Assembly (NCBI GenBank): GCA_965637545.1
Contig: OZ281495.1
Location: forward strand, 24,490,001 to 24,554,000
Direction of reading: 5' to 3'
Length of the DNA stretch: 64,000 nucleotides
Source: Phallusia mammillata
Taxonomy: Eukaryota
The translations under genes were made by a program, and so were the position numbers. Positions 36,075-49,300 of this stretch are shown here, in pieces (position 1 is the stretch's first letter; each line of letters opens with the position of its first letter). The notes beneath the pieces were generated by a model, which worked only from the letters and a program-made list of their open reading frames with translations, made no database searches and was not told where the DNA came from.

Positions 36075-38689
36075 ATGGAACCGGGTAGCGACTTTGAAGA
36101 AATTACCGTTCTTCATCCTAATGTACTCTGGGCGCAAAGAAAGGAAATAATAAGTTTGAAAGTGTCTGTTGGAGACGTACAAGTAAGGCTAAAATCTTTG
36201 CTTCATCTGTCTAAATTTTATTGCCTTGAGTAATCTATTCAAACAATGAGCAGATAAATTTTTAACCAGGTCATTTCTAATAAATGCAAATTATTTTGCA
36301 GAAACCCAAAATATCCCTAACAGAGAAATCACTGACTTTTGAAGGTAAAAGTTCTTATAAAATTAAATTTGCTTCATTTTAACACACCATCTTTGCTATT
36401 TGGGTAATTGTTGTTCACAAACTACATGCAAATCTAACATTTAATGTTTTTTAAGCTGAGGGACTTGGTGCAAAGGGGTGGAACATTTACAAGTTTACTC
36501 TAGACTTTTATGATGAGATTGACAAAGAGGTCTTTGTTGCTTTTGTTTGTTGTACCATTTTGCAGTTGTACTACAGAAAACTGAGTAAAAATTTGTCAAC
36601 AAAGTAACCCAACTGCATTTAAACTTATGATAGCTAACATAACCCCACTGCATCTAGGGTTGTGTTTACAAAGTGACACCAACATGTGTGGATTTACAAC
36701 TGACCAAGCAAGGAGAAGGCAATTACTGGCCCCGTCTTATTCCTGAAAATACAAAGAAGCCACATTTCCTGAAACTTGATTTTGAAAGATGGCGATCAGA
36801 ATCAGATGACGAGCTGGAGGTGAAACAGGTAGACGTGAACATTCCATTACCAATATTGCATACACAGCCTTTTAAGTGTAAAAAGTACCTCTTTTTAAAT
36901 TTATTGATCCCTTCAGGGTTGTTTCTCCTCAAGAGCATTACATTGTTGGAATTATACAATGATCGTCCTAAATAATGGGTTGCAAAAAACCTATGTGACA
37001 TAGCTTATATATGTAATGCTTGGTGTGCTTTTTATTTTTATTTCTGGCATTAATAGTGCCACTTGATATTATGCATTGCATTGTAGGTTGATAATCCCTG
37101 TATTAACTCAACTACTTTTTCAGTTAAAACTAAAAATTGGACATTTGCAGATTGGCACAGGTTATAAAACTCATGCTAATTGAAATAATGTTACAGAAGC
37201 AGGCAGAGAGTGGATTGGAAATAAATCAACCAACCAAGGAGGAGGAAATAGCAGATTATGTTCAAAATTTTTATTTAACGATGTACAATTTTGCTCAATT
37301 TGTTCTTTACTCAATTGTATTCATTGGCTGTCTTTACTATCGCTTAAAACTTGGACCGGGTAAAGTTAGCTTTTTTTAATTTTAAAGAAGTATGATAAAA
37401 ATAAACCTTAACTCAACTGTGTTTTTTAGATTTCTATGCAGATACATATGCAACATATGGTTCAACAGTTATCTTTGCTGTGTTACTTGCATATTTAGAA
37501 GCACTCCATGGAGTTTTAGGAATTGTAAAATCGCCATGGTATCTTACATTTATGCAGGTAAAAAAATATGTGATTTTGCAAATCCAGCTGCCGAGTATTC
37601 ATAACTGTTTCCATACTTCTATTTTGTAAGTTATATCTGTCAGTTGTTTGATGTTTTCTTTACCTAATCAAATCAGAACTCATACAGGTTTCTGGAAGAA
37701 CATTTGCTTTCTTTTGTATGTGGCTTGTTGGGCCAGAGCATCTCCCAAGATGTGCAGTATGGGATTTGTTTGTGGTTTGGAGCTGTATTGAAGTAATTAG
37801 GTAAATGCAAGAAGAGTCCATTTTACCAGCTGTTATCTTCAGCCGAAACAACTTATTTTTCAACTTAATTTTTATGCGTTACATAGGTATCCCTACTATA
37901 TGCTGCAAACATACAACATGGATCTCAAACCTTTAACTTGGCTCCGTTACCACGCATGGATATTACTTTATCCAATCGGCGGTTTTAGCGAATGTAAGAT
38001 GATCCTAGTTGTTGCAGTAACCTGAGCTTGCAGTTAACCAAGTGTGTTTTATTCCAGATTCAGTTATAACTAGTGCAGCCAGGCGTTTTAGCGAGGAATC
38101 CATGTACGCCCTAACGCTTCCAAACCCTTTAAACTTCTCTCTCAGTTTGTCCGCGTTTTTGCACGTATACGTCGTATTCCTGTTTGTTGGTAAGTGCAGT
38201 TAAATATTATGTACTGTACGATATAACATTCATCCAAGAAGCTGTGGGATTCAGTGGTTTTTAACCGGTGATTCTCAACCTTATACTGATCACATACCCC
38301 TGACGACTTTGTATGTCACTGCGTACTGAAACAGAGCACAGATCGGTTATACGATCCCTGCAATTAAAGTTTAACGATGAAAATAACAGATTTGTATATA
38401 GTGCTGCAATGCAATTGACGTATTATGCGATTAACCGGATTTCCTTAATATTAATTCGGTCATGTGAACAGCGGGTCAGTATGGCACGCTTTATTTAATA
38501 GAACCTTAAGTGCAAAATTAGTGTTACAATAATAATAACCACTTGTGACTACTGCATTGCAAAGGTTAGTGCTATTCTTATGTACGATTGCATTGTTTTT
38601 TTGTCTCAGGTATAATGGGTCTTATGCGACATTTGTGGAAGATGAGACAAAGGAAATATGGGAACAGGCGAAAGTTTAAACCTGCATAA
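36075..38689 (+). CDS. HACD3: Very-long-chain 3-hydroxyacyl-CoA dehydratase 3 (PTPLAD1)
   Basis: N-terminal CS/p23 domain (LHPNVLWAQRKEIISLKV; YWPRL..KPHFLKLDFERWRSESD) followed by a PTPLA domain (YLTMYNFAQF; RYPYYML..LTWLRYHAWIILYPIGGFSE). The last exon 38610-38689 ends RQRKYGNRRKFKPA-stop. Confidence 0.93.
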
Positions 38690-38920
38690 ATGACAATAAC
38701 CCCAGGCAAACAAGAACAACGAAAGTCTTCAGCTGCTACCTTTGATTTAGTTAATTGCAGTACCGCGATTCTATACACTGCTATAGCAAATATGTTCAAA
38801 ATATCTTGTGTACTTGTTTGTTAGTTAATAAATTTTAATCGTTTAAAGAAGAGGTTTATTTGTTCTGATAAATTTCTTCTGAATGCTCAACATTTACTCC
38901 TTGTGCAATGCAGGTTAAAC

Positions 38921-39307
38921 CAGTGCTCTTCAACCTTTTTTGGTTTGGTGAACCCTTAAAGTTGTTGTGACGAACTCATGCACCCTATTTACTTAAAAGG
39001 TAAACTGAGGTAAAAAGCGACATGAAAAATGGCTTGGGCTGTTTGATCTCGACGTATATTAACAGGCAGCCGCATTTTTGATCAAAAACTTTTGACTTCA
39101 ATTAACCTCAATCCGCACTCTGCGCAAAACGTCTTTTGACGTACATATAGGCTACCTACATTTAAAAAAAATCAGTTGAAACTTACATCTTTTTTTATTT
39201 TCCTGAAAGTCAAATATTAATGGTTCATTAAAAGTTTGTTATGCACCTTTGTATACCTTTTCGTACATACCAATGCACATTTTGTGCACACCGGTTGAAG
39301 AGCACTG
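38921..39307. mobile_element. hAT MITE
   Basis: Perfect 15-bp TIR cagtgctcttcaacc / ggttgaagagcactg; the TSD is imperfect. Confidence 0.8.
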
Positions 39308-41929
39308 GGGTTAATCAACTAAATATTTCATCATGTATATCTTGTTGTCGGAAGTGTTTTGCTCAGCAGCGAAAAATTCAATGGTTAATGGTCACTGTCC
39401 CTCTCGTTTTCGTATTGTCCGCAGACCTAAACTCCATTTGGGATGGCATTTAGCGAATATTTCCGGCTTGAGTTAATCGTACACCAGTTGTGCAAGGGTT
39501 TTAAAACATGCCGATTACATATTTACAACCTAGTCCGAAAATTAAATTAAAGCTTATAGTTTATAGGCATAAAGTTTTAACTTACCGAATAAACTAAGAA
39601 CAAGGTGGCAGACTTGCCAACATAAATACAACGTAGAATGTACGACTGTGGACTATCACATTGGCATGTACGGAAGCTTACGTTATGGGTCTCCAACACG
39701 CGGCGTTATTAGCAATTTAAAAAAATACTAACATCTTGTCAAATAAGTTTTTTTTATTAACCCATTAAACTATAAATTTAATGAAACAATAAACTACACC
39801 CTTATATCACTAAGTTAAAAATATCAAATTCAACCTTTGTGATACATTATTATTATCATGAAATAATGCGAACGTAGTCTGATCATCAAAGCGAAAAGTT
39901 CAGAATCCGTTTGTTTTTTTGTGCATATAAGCGTAGGACTAAGCAACTTTAAATTTCATGAACGCCAACCAACATTTTATTGACACTTATGTAGGCCGCA
40001 TTGACTTTTTTAGATGCCTAGCCCAGTGGATTCCAAACCATGGTTAGCTTGCATTATGGGACAAGGGTTAATTAGATGGGTCTGCCTTCTGCAATGAGCC
40101 CACAGCTGGTAAATATTCTGCTTGTTGACGTTGCCAAAATCGCTGTTACGCACTTTGTAGTGATACATCACTCCCCTGACATCATTAGCTTTATGGATAT
40201 GTGGTGCCAACGTCATCTTAATCCCGTTCTTTGACAAACGAAAACGGGTATTTGTTAAGAGATAATTGATCTTCGGAAATAATCTACGCTTCATGCGCTG
40301 GCTACATTCAAAGGAAAGCAATCAAGGCGCGTATTACTTCACAGGGCCTCATCGGTTTTGGAACAGAACTTCAGATGCGACACACATTCAGCACCCCCCT
40401 CCCCAAACAAAAAAACAGTACTTTCTCTGCCTATTTTACTAAATGCCATTATTAAACTTTATTCTTTTCTCGCCTACGCAGCCATCACATCATAAATACA
40501 TTGTTCCGTGACAACTCCAAATTTTTAAAATTGTTACACAAACCTATCATGCTGGGTGCTGTTGAATGACGAAAGATTTAACACAACCTTCTTAAATCAT
40601 CCATGTAAAACGCTTCTTGGCTAGAATCCAAGTACAAAAAAAACATTTGCAATTCTTTTTGAAACATTTATATATTTTTGAAATGCATTGGCAAACAGAT
40701 CTCTGTATATTAAAGTTGAGTATAATTCGCTTAGTGAAAGAAAACATAGCGACACAATAGCACTAAAACATTTTTTAGCTGCGCATCTTCAAACCGTTAT
40801 GAAGTCGAAAACAGTGAAGGGCACAATTGGTGCTATATTCACCAATGAACGCGCTGCAGCTACACCGTATTATAAGGCGTTATGTAACGGGGCCCACAAG
40901 AAATTGAGGTTGTCTTCCAGTGTACACCAACTTCCTTTAAAGACTTTGATAAGACCGCGAAAAGTTAATGAGATACAAACGCACTTTCAACTACATACTG
41001 TTTGCATTATTTTATATTCAACTAATGGTAATTGCTAAGTCAAAAATAGACCGGGGCTCAAGAAAAGTTGATTGCCTAGCCGCGGACACATTCAAACGCC
41101 GGTATATATTTTTAATCTAATGTTTGGATGTCAGATCGATTCGATTTGCAATGTACAAAGTGATCAATATAACTTTAATTAAAGCTGGTTGTTCCCTTAT
41201 TGCGACATGTTGAACGTGATACGTAAGCCAGGTACGAGATGCAGCTGTCCAAGGAAAAGACAATTAGCTTATACAAGCTATTGCTGCCAGGCATAATATC
41301 AAGTTTAGTGAGCTTTTCTGTCAATGGTATTTTTATTTCGACGTCCCATACAGATCGCCTTCATCAAGGTAAATAACTTGTTTTGATATCTAGTCTGTGA
41401 TTAGGCAAAGTGCAATTCTTAATAAGCTTGTAGTTTAGGTCAGGGATTTTAGGTAAAATGCGTACGGTTAGTTGAGATAAGTTTGACAGGACAAAAAAGT
41501 TTCTTGTTTAATCATATTCAATTCTTTATTACATAGGCCAAATATAGTTAACATGATTGGACGGTGTGTCGTGCCGTTTATATAACACCAGTTTAATTTG
41601 CTAGCTTGCACAACGTTGGAGCAGTTTAATGTGATTGGTTGGGCATAACTTTCTCAAAGTTTAAACCGAAAACTCAAAAAGGGGGATACGAAAACAATAA
41701 GATTGTTTGCATTTGTGGGTTCAAACCGAAGAAAACAAGCAACACACGTTTCGTTACGATTTTTTACTGCGGTAAAATCCACTTTTGGGCACTCAAACAT
41801 CAGTACTTATACATACTCAATGTTGGCCATGTCTGTGTTGAACCGACTTTTTCCAATGAGTTACAATTATGAAAAGCGAAACAAAGGTGAAGTGCGTATT
41901 GTGTTTGGACCTGTCTGTACGTTTGTACG

Positions 41930-42440
41930 CAGTGTTTCATACCGGAACGGAACGGAACGTTATACCGGAACGAAATAAATATTTTTTGACTGAAATACCG
42001 GAACGAAATACCGAAATAAAAAATATTCAAAATACCGGAACGGAACGAAATACCGTTATATTTTATTCCGGTATTTCGTTCTGGACATTTGACATGAAAC
42101 AATTGCTGAAAATTTCGCGCCGTTAAGATATAATAAAAATTGAGGCTCCTACAATTAACATCCGTTTGACCATTATTGACAAATGTTTATGTGACGTAAC
42201 ATCTACCGACAATAATTTTTGTGTGTTGCAACTTTCTTTCTTTTTTCGCTTAATAGTTGTAAAGGCCACAAATAAATGTTCTTTTTTAAGACCGAAATAC
42301 CGAAAAATACCGTCATAATTTTATTTCGGTCAGACCGGAACGAAATGAAAATATCGGTCCAGAACGAAATAACGAAATAAATAATTTGCTCAGAACGAAT
42401 AACGTTATTTGGTTTCGTTCCGTTCCGGTATGAAACACTG
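41930..42440. mobile_element. hAT MITE with ccggaacg subterminal repeats
   Basis: Long TIR cagtgtttcataccggaacggaacg / cgttccgttccggtatgaaacactg; perfect TSD tttgtacg. Confidence 0.92.
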
Positions 42441-43787
42441 TTTGTACGTGCTGGTCGTCTCAGGTAACCCTTGTGTTGTCATTAAAACTTGACACTTTTC
42501 ATTATCAAACGACGTGATTTCAGACTGTGGGAAACGTATTCAACAGTGTAAAAAAGGTTGAACTAACGGGCCCCTAAAGTTGTATAAATTTGCTGTTTGT
42601 AGTATTGTTTTTCAGTATCGCGAATATTAAGTTTTATTATCTGAATGTTCCAACAAAAAAACGGTGTGGGTTATTAAAAGAATAGTCTTGAAGTTAATGC
42701 CTTGGTTATAAAATACTTAATTTGTGCAACACGGATTGTAAAGGATTGTAAATGTGGCGTTTTTGGCAAACAATGCGAAAAACAGGCATAATTATAGCGT
42801 CACAATATATTTCGTGACGTTATAAACAGTTAAGACTGATCGATTGTTCAGTTCAATCTGCGGAACACGCTAGAAATTGACCTGGGCTATCAGGCGCCAT
42901 TAGAAAGGATTTACAATGCAGCCGTCACAGCGAAAAGGTTGCATACAAAAGTGGGTAAATAAGTTGTTGTATGTTTAAAATCATGTTGGTGGAATTATTC
43001 AGGTCTGTAATTATTTGGCTTTATCCCGGTGGCGTTTGTTGTACGCAAGTGGATGCATAGTACGGTGATAAAAAGACAACTCCAATTTATTCGCGATTAT
43101 CTCTTGTATCGTCGTTGTGTCAAAAAATCGATGAGGTATATTAACGAACCCGCACAGCTCAACAATCAACCATGAACAAACGGTTTTTCAACAGGTGGTT
43201 TTAAAACGTATGAAAAGATTGAACACAATAGGTAGAATCGAAATTTGTATGTGTCAGGTTTAAGATTTTTTTGTCAACTGACTTAGGCGAAAAAAGAAGA
43301 TGACGCTTTCCCAGAGAATAAAACTGAGCAAGCCTGGAGCAAAGTTTAGAAATTTTTTTAGCTATCTTTTGTAACGTTAGGCGAAAATTGCTGGTACCGT
43401 CTGTTGATTTCGCCACGTGGTTGAGGGAACCGTGTTCGAAGGTCAGATTACATGTGGGATGGGCGTTGGAATGGTTTTTCTTCTGCTCAGCGGCGTTTTC
43501 AAAATATACCGTTTCCAAGGGCAAATGTTGCCTTATCTGTAGGTCAAATTTATTAAATGGCACTTGAACCCCTAATTGCTGTTTGTGGACTTCGAATTGG
43601 TTCACAGAAAGTCGTTATTAGTAGAAAGGTATTTGTGTGTAGTGTTTTGCCATTTGCATTCTTACTGAATTTTGCAGCAAATTTTGTGGTTTTGGTGGAT
43701 GGTTGCACGTGTTTACTAAGCATGAAGACAAGCGTACAGAATGTAGGGTAAATTCATGTGATGCGTTGAGGGTATTTTTGTTGTGAC

Positions 43788-44180
43788 TAGTGATGCACCG
43801 AACCCGCCTAAAAAGGTTCGGGCCGAAACCGAATATTCGGCCATAAAATCCCCGTTTTTTGGATGGTTTCGACTGAACCTTGTGTTGTTGATGCGAGTGA
43901 ACTCAATTTTGACAAACTAAAATCACTTTCACAATGGGTAAACTTTGCTAAACATCTAATATTTTGCAGACAACGTGGCTGGTATTTCATAGATACAACA
44001 AAAAGTTAATTAATGATGTTTCGTATGGGCGTAAATGAAATTTTAAGGCCTCAATTCCATGCAATAAAAAAGTTCGGTTTCGGCCGAATTTTCAAAAAAG
44101 TTCGGGCCGAAACCGAAACATTGGAAAACAGCGGTTTCGGCCGAAATGTTTCGGCCAACCGAAACTTCGGTGCATCACTA
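43788..44180. mobile_element. hAT MITE with TAG...CTA termini
   Basis: tagtgatgcaccgaa ... ttcggtgcatcacta; perfect TSD gttgtgac. Degenerate relatives lie at about 44700-45108 and about 23740-23820. Confidence 0.92.
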
Positions 44181-46335
44181 GTTGTGACCTTCATGCTTAC
44201 GGATGAACAACGCCAACAGTTTCTTGGCTTGGGCACTAATTTGGCCCCACGGCTTCCGTACGAACGGCGAAAAAAAGCAAAACCCGCGACGCGTAAATGT
44301 TTTGCAAGTATAGGGGTATTTTTGCAGGTGAAACTAGTTGCTTGTTTGTTTCAAAGGCAGACAAGGATACATTCCTAAAGTGAGGGTAGATTTACAAAAG
44401 GAATTCATGGAACTCCTTGACAGTTGATTAGTAATTAATATTTGATTCAAGTCACAATGCAACAGTCGCACACTAACTACATGTAGTAAACGAGGTCAAG
44501 AAGAGCTGTAGCTTGAACTTTCGTAGACAACGGTTTGCCTGGATTACTTAAGCTGAACATTGGGGCAAGTTCTGTGCTGGGTTTATACTTCAAAGCGTAC
44601 GAAATGAATTTCATCTCGTACTAAGTTTTCTGTAGTTAAAGAGCGCACTTGTATCAATGCAGAACTTTAGGATAGTTACAAGTAAAACACAAAAGTTTCA
44701 GTTGGCGGAAACATTTCGGCCGAATACGCCGTTTTGTCGATGTTTCGGTTTCGGCCCGAACTTTTATAAAACTTCGGTCCAATCCGAACTTATTGAGTGT
44801 ATGAAATGAACGCCAAAACTTTCAATGTCGCCAATTTAAAACATCATAAATTAACTGATAATCGTTCCTGAACAAACGAGTTATATACGCCATCTGCAAA
44901 ATGTTGGGTTTAGTCCTGGTTTGTACTGTACTTTGGAGTGATATATAAATGAGTTCACCTGCATCAATAATTATAGGGTTTAATTGAGAATGATTAACCA
45001 CCAGAAAGAGGATTTTAGGCTCGGCCTGATTCGGTGGAAATTATTTAGCCTTATGATCAAATATTCGGTTTCGGCCCGAATCATTTGAGGTCGGTTCGGT
45101 GCATTACTAATAGTTACCAACTTATAATAAGCTTAGAAATCACTAATAGAAATTTTAATCGTTCTAATTTTTTTCATAAAAGAGGAATCGGTTAAATATT
45201 TTTGCATCTTGAAATTTCTAGAGTTATACGTATTAAAATTTACAATGACCGAAATTTTCTGTTGCTAAACAACGGCAAAAACCATGGTACACCGCGGATC
45301 ACGTAACGTTAGGTTGCTATTTGTACTTCTGTAACTACAATGCGTCGCATAATGAGGCAGTCGCAACGCAGCTGCTGTTATCCAACATGCAGTTATGTAA
45401 CTGCTTATTATAGCAGATGGCTTCGTACATGTAAAATCTCAATTTTAAATGTCAAATATTTTTTTAGGTTTTTGTTTAAATGAGCTCTGTCCTGTACAAA
45501 TTACCAAAACACGTTCGTATCTGTACAAAAAAATGTTTAATTGGGGGAAAACGCTTGGCTGTTTATATAGCTGCGTTATATCCTTATTTTCATGTATTTT
45601 TCATTGTGGTATTTATTTTTCTCAGCTTTCAGGTTTTAACACATTAGGACTGCCGCGTTTGCCGAATTGATCAAGCAAAATCGATGGTTGTCAGTTGCAT
45701 TAGCGCTGTTAGAATAGCGCGTGTATGTGCACAAATCGTTCAATAAATCACAAGGTTTTGTTGAAATTTGTCGTTGCCTAATTAGATAACACCTAAGTAT
45801 TGGCATTGGATTTAAATGCCAATTTTTCTATTTGGTTGCTGAAAAAATCAGGCGCCCAAATTTTGGCATCTAAAACCACAAGACTTCAACATGTATTATT
45901 GCTTTATTTATTGAAAATAGTTTAAAGAATATTGAAAACTTATTCAGTCAAACAAGTCGGAATTACAACAAAAATGTGCGTGTTTTCTTCTTTCTGTTTT
46001 GATCCATTGTGGGTAAACTTTACAACGCGATATATTGAGCAGTGTACGAACCGGGTATACAACTTTAAATGGCCTCATGCTTTCTAAACCACTAAATAAA
46101 ACCCCAATGGATATTGCAACTTTTGTATTTTATTAAGTATCGGATACAAAGCCAATTGTTTCCAGGCCTATTTGCATTGCAACAAACAGAAGTTTATCAC
46201 TTTAAAACAGAGACTTACGCGATGGCGTCCACTTTTGGAAGCTGGTCTTACGGAAAGCGCTATCATGTTTAATCTAATTATTTTCTAATCGATTTTTCGT
46301 TGGTAATGTTACAGGTTACTATACCTAAGTTAAAC

Positions 46336-49300
46336 ATGACTGATATTACCCTAATTGACAACGTAACTTTTCAATTGAATCACACTGATGACAATGCTTT
46401 TATGGAACAATGTGAGTAAATATGTAGGCAAATGCCAAATACAGGCTGTGCGTGCGAATCTTATATAGCATTATGCTTTATGGTGTGGGCCTAACATGTT
46501 TTCCAGTACAATTATGAACGTTATCTGCTGTGACCTAGCTTCCTTATGTTTGATAACGATTTTAAGTTTGTAACATTATACGAAATGATTTTTTCGCCAA
46601 TTGCTTTTTTATCGCCGTCATTGCAATAAATACTAGTTTTACGTGTGTAATAATTTATGAATCACCTCGCCATTGAACTTAATTAAGCATTGAGGATTTT
46701 ATATAGAATTAAGACCGAAAAAAGTAGTATCTCAAGCAGCGCACTAAAACCTTTTTGTTTACCCCCAAAATGTCGGTTAACAAAAATTCTTATAGCAACG
46801 AATAGTTAAGGCTTGGTGTAACTCTTTTTTTGCGGCGGGTTAGGTTAAGGTTTTATTTTAGGTTCCATTTACGCAACCTGACGTGTGAAGTTATTTGCTT
46901 ATTATGACATTGGTGTTGAAACAAATAATTAAATATTTGCTCGCCAACAAACTTGCGTAACCAATCTGCCATCAAACAAAACGTAGTTATTTTTGTCTTA
47001 TTAAACATTTTGATGTTTGCAATATAAATCCATATGACCCGCGATGATAAAAAAAATGAATAACAACATCTGGTTCGTAAAGAATATTTAACAAAATCAA
47101 ACGAATCACATTTAGGCCAGCGACTGGCAAATAACAGTCCACGGCCTATGTGGATTCGTATGGATTAAACCGTATAACATAGTACCCCATGTCTCACATT
47201 GATAATAATTTAAACCGGTTTGTAAAGCGAATTCCCATTTAAAGACATCGATTCTTTGTTACGGTAACAATTAAAAGTCTGTTTGTTGTCGATAAAGAAG
47301 ACATCAAATCGAACAATTAGCGGTCTCCTGATTGGTAAGAATTAAATTAGGACTGCCTCTTTGCTGTATTTTAAGACTTGGCTAAATTTTGAGCATTTTA
47401 AGGCTGTATATATACCTACATAGGATCATGGTTGTTAGACACAGAATCAGGGTTCTTTAAAACCGTACGGAGATTTTGGGTTTATTTGTAGTTGCATGAT
47501 TTCGTTTTTGTAGTTGCACGTTTTTTAACATTTTTTAAAGATTTTAAACGAAACTTTATCATGACGGATTAAAAACCTAATTGGCTGGAAACCTTTAAAT
47601 AGTGTTTCCTAGTTTTTCTGTAAAGAAAACGCCCACGGGTGGGGCATGATTGATTGTAGATCTGATTGCTGAAAATCGCATTTGTTTTCGTACATTCCAT
47701 TAGCAACGCTCTAATCTCATCTAAACGATAAGATGCCATCGCTTTGCGGATGGAGCAAAGTTCTTCGTTGTTTCCAAAATGGATATTTAATTGCATCTTG
47801 CTGTAATTGCAAATTTTCCACACTGTACAGGTGATGGTATTTACCGTTTCTGATAAGTGGCCTTGACCTTAAGGGAATTTAATCTTATTTAAACTAAACG
47901 CACCATTTTACATCCGTTATACAAAAAATGTGTATTCGCCTTTAAACTGTTTTCGACCTTTTCGGCTAGCTTTCTTTTGGCCAACAATGTGAAACAGCGA
48001 CAAATAAAAGTGGCGAAGTTTCTTCTCGTTGTTTGACTATGCATGGTTACACACGAAAAAAAATCGAATTTTAAATGCAGGGTTCTGTAAACAACCCGTT
48101 CAAAAAATAAACTCCACGCTGCACTAAGTAAATTGGAAAAACAAAATGTGTTTTGAAATCCGCGTGCACGCTTCAGGAAATTTTGTTGTAACACAACAGT
48201 TAGCCTACTGTTGTCATTTTGTCATTGTTATTTTTTTTAACAAAATGGTTGTAAGCTGGTTCGAGCTGGTATTTTGGATCGGCTAAGGGCTAAATATGTA
48301 TTATATAACGTGCTTAATTCGGGCCTGACTTTAACTCTGCTACATTTACGTCGCAATAACAGTTGGTAAATCTAAATTTTGAGCCCAGTTCTGGCTTCAA
48401 AAAAATGGGATATTTTTTTAAAAAATCTGTCCGGTTTTAAGATTGCAGCTACTTTCGAATCTTAATTTCGGGCCCGTTTAGAATTCTCAAACCAACCATT
48501 AAATTTAATTGGAATTTATTTACAAAGCGAAAACACCTATTATAGGTTCAGGTTAAATATATTTCGTAATTTCTGCAAAAGCTGTGTGACGTTGAAACGT
48601 TATAGGGCGCAATTGGTAGGTAATGGGTAGTCTCGCTTCAGCTATACACTCTCAAATTACAAAGTCAACCAATAGACCACGAAATAGGTCCGGGTTCTTA
48701 GAAGTTAGGAATCACATTGCTAAACGTTTCGGGCCAAAGTTTTGTCATAATTGTGACCATGGAGATCCATGGATCTACATGCATGCGTTGGAAAACAGAG
48801 GCGGAATTTTCTGCCAATTCACGCACTTTTTCACTTCTACAAAATCCGTAAACAAAAAATACGTGACAGAATACATGTTAATGCTGTAGCATTTCACCGA
48901 CTTTATGGTCCGATTCCGGCTGTTGTTTTTTTCATGTCAGGTTCCGGCCTGGGTTCAGGCTTGTTTTGCGGGGTTTGGGCCCAATTTTAGGTCACCTTTA
49001 CAACTCTGATTCTCGTTACTTTTTATTTGAGATATGGTTTGCATCAGATAAGCATATTTTTGTAACGGGCTTAAACTATTATCAAGCAAACCATCATAAT
49101 TTTTCTGGTAGCATTCAAGCAAGTTTTCCTGCATTGCAAAAAATTTCTCACACATTACAACCTTTGCAGACATCTTAATGATGCAAGTGAAGGATGCCAT
49201 GACCAAAGCGTCACGAGTTTTTGAAATCGCGGTTCCAGTTATCATCGGAATTATCCTGGTAATAGGTCTCCTTGGCAACGTAACAGTGATCCTCACTACA

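Noticed and set aside
41639-42126. Overlapping ORFs with repetitive TGTERN-type peptides
   Set aside because: They arise from ccggaacg subterminal repeats of the 41930-42440 MITE and are not genes.
43201-43605. 134-aa minus-strand ORF
   Set aside because: No recognisable motif, no clear splice context and no ATG start; treated as a chance ORF or decayed repeat.
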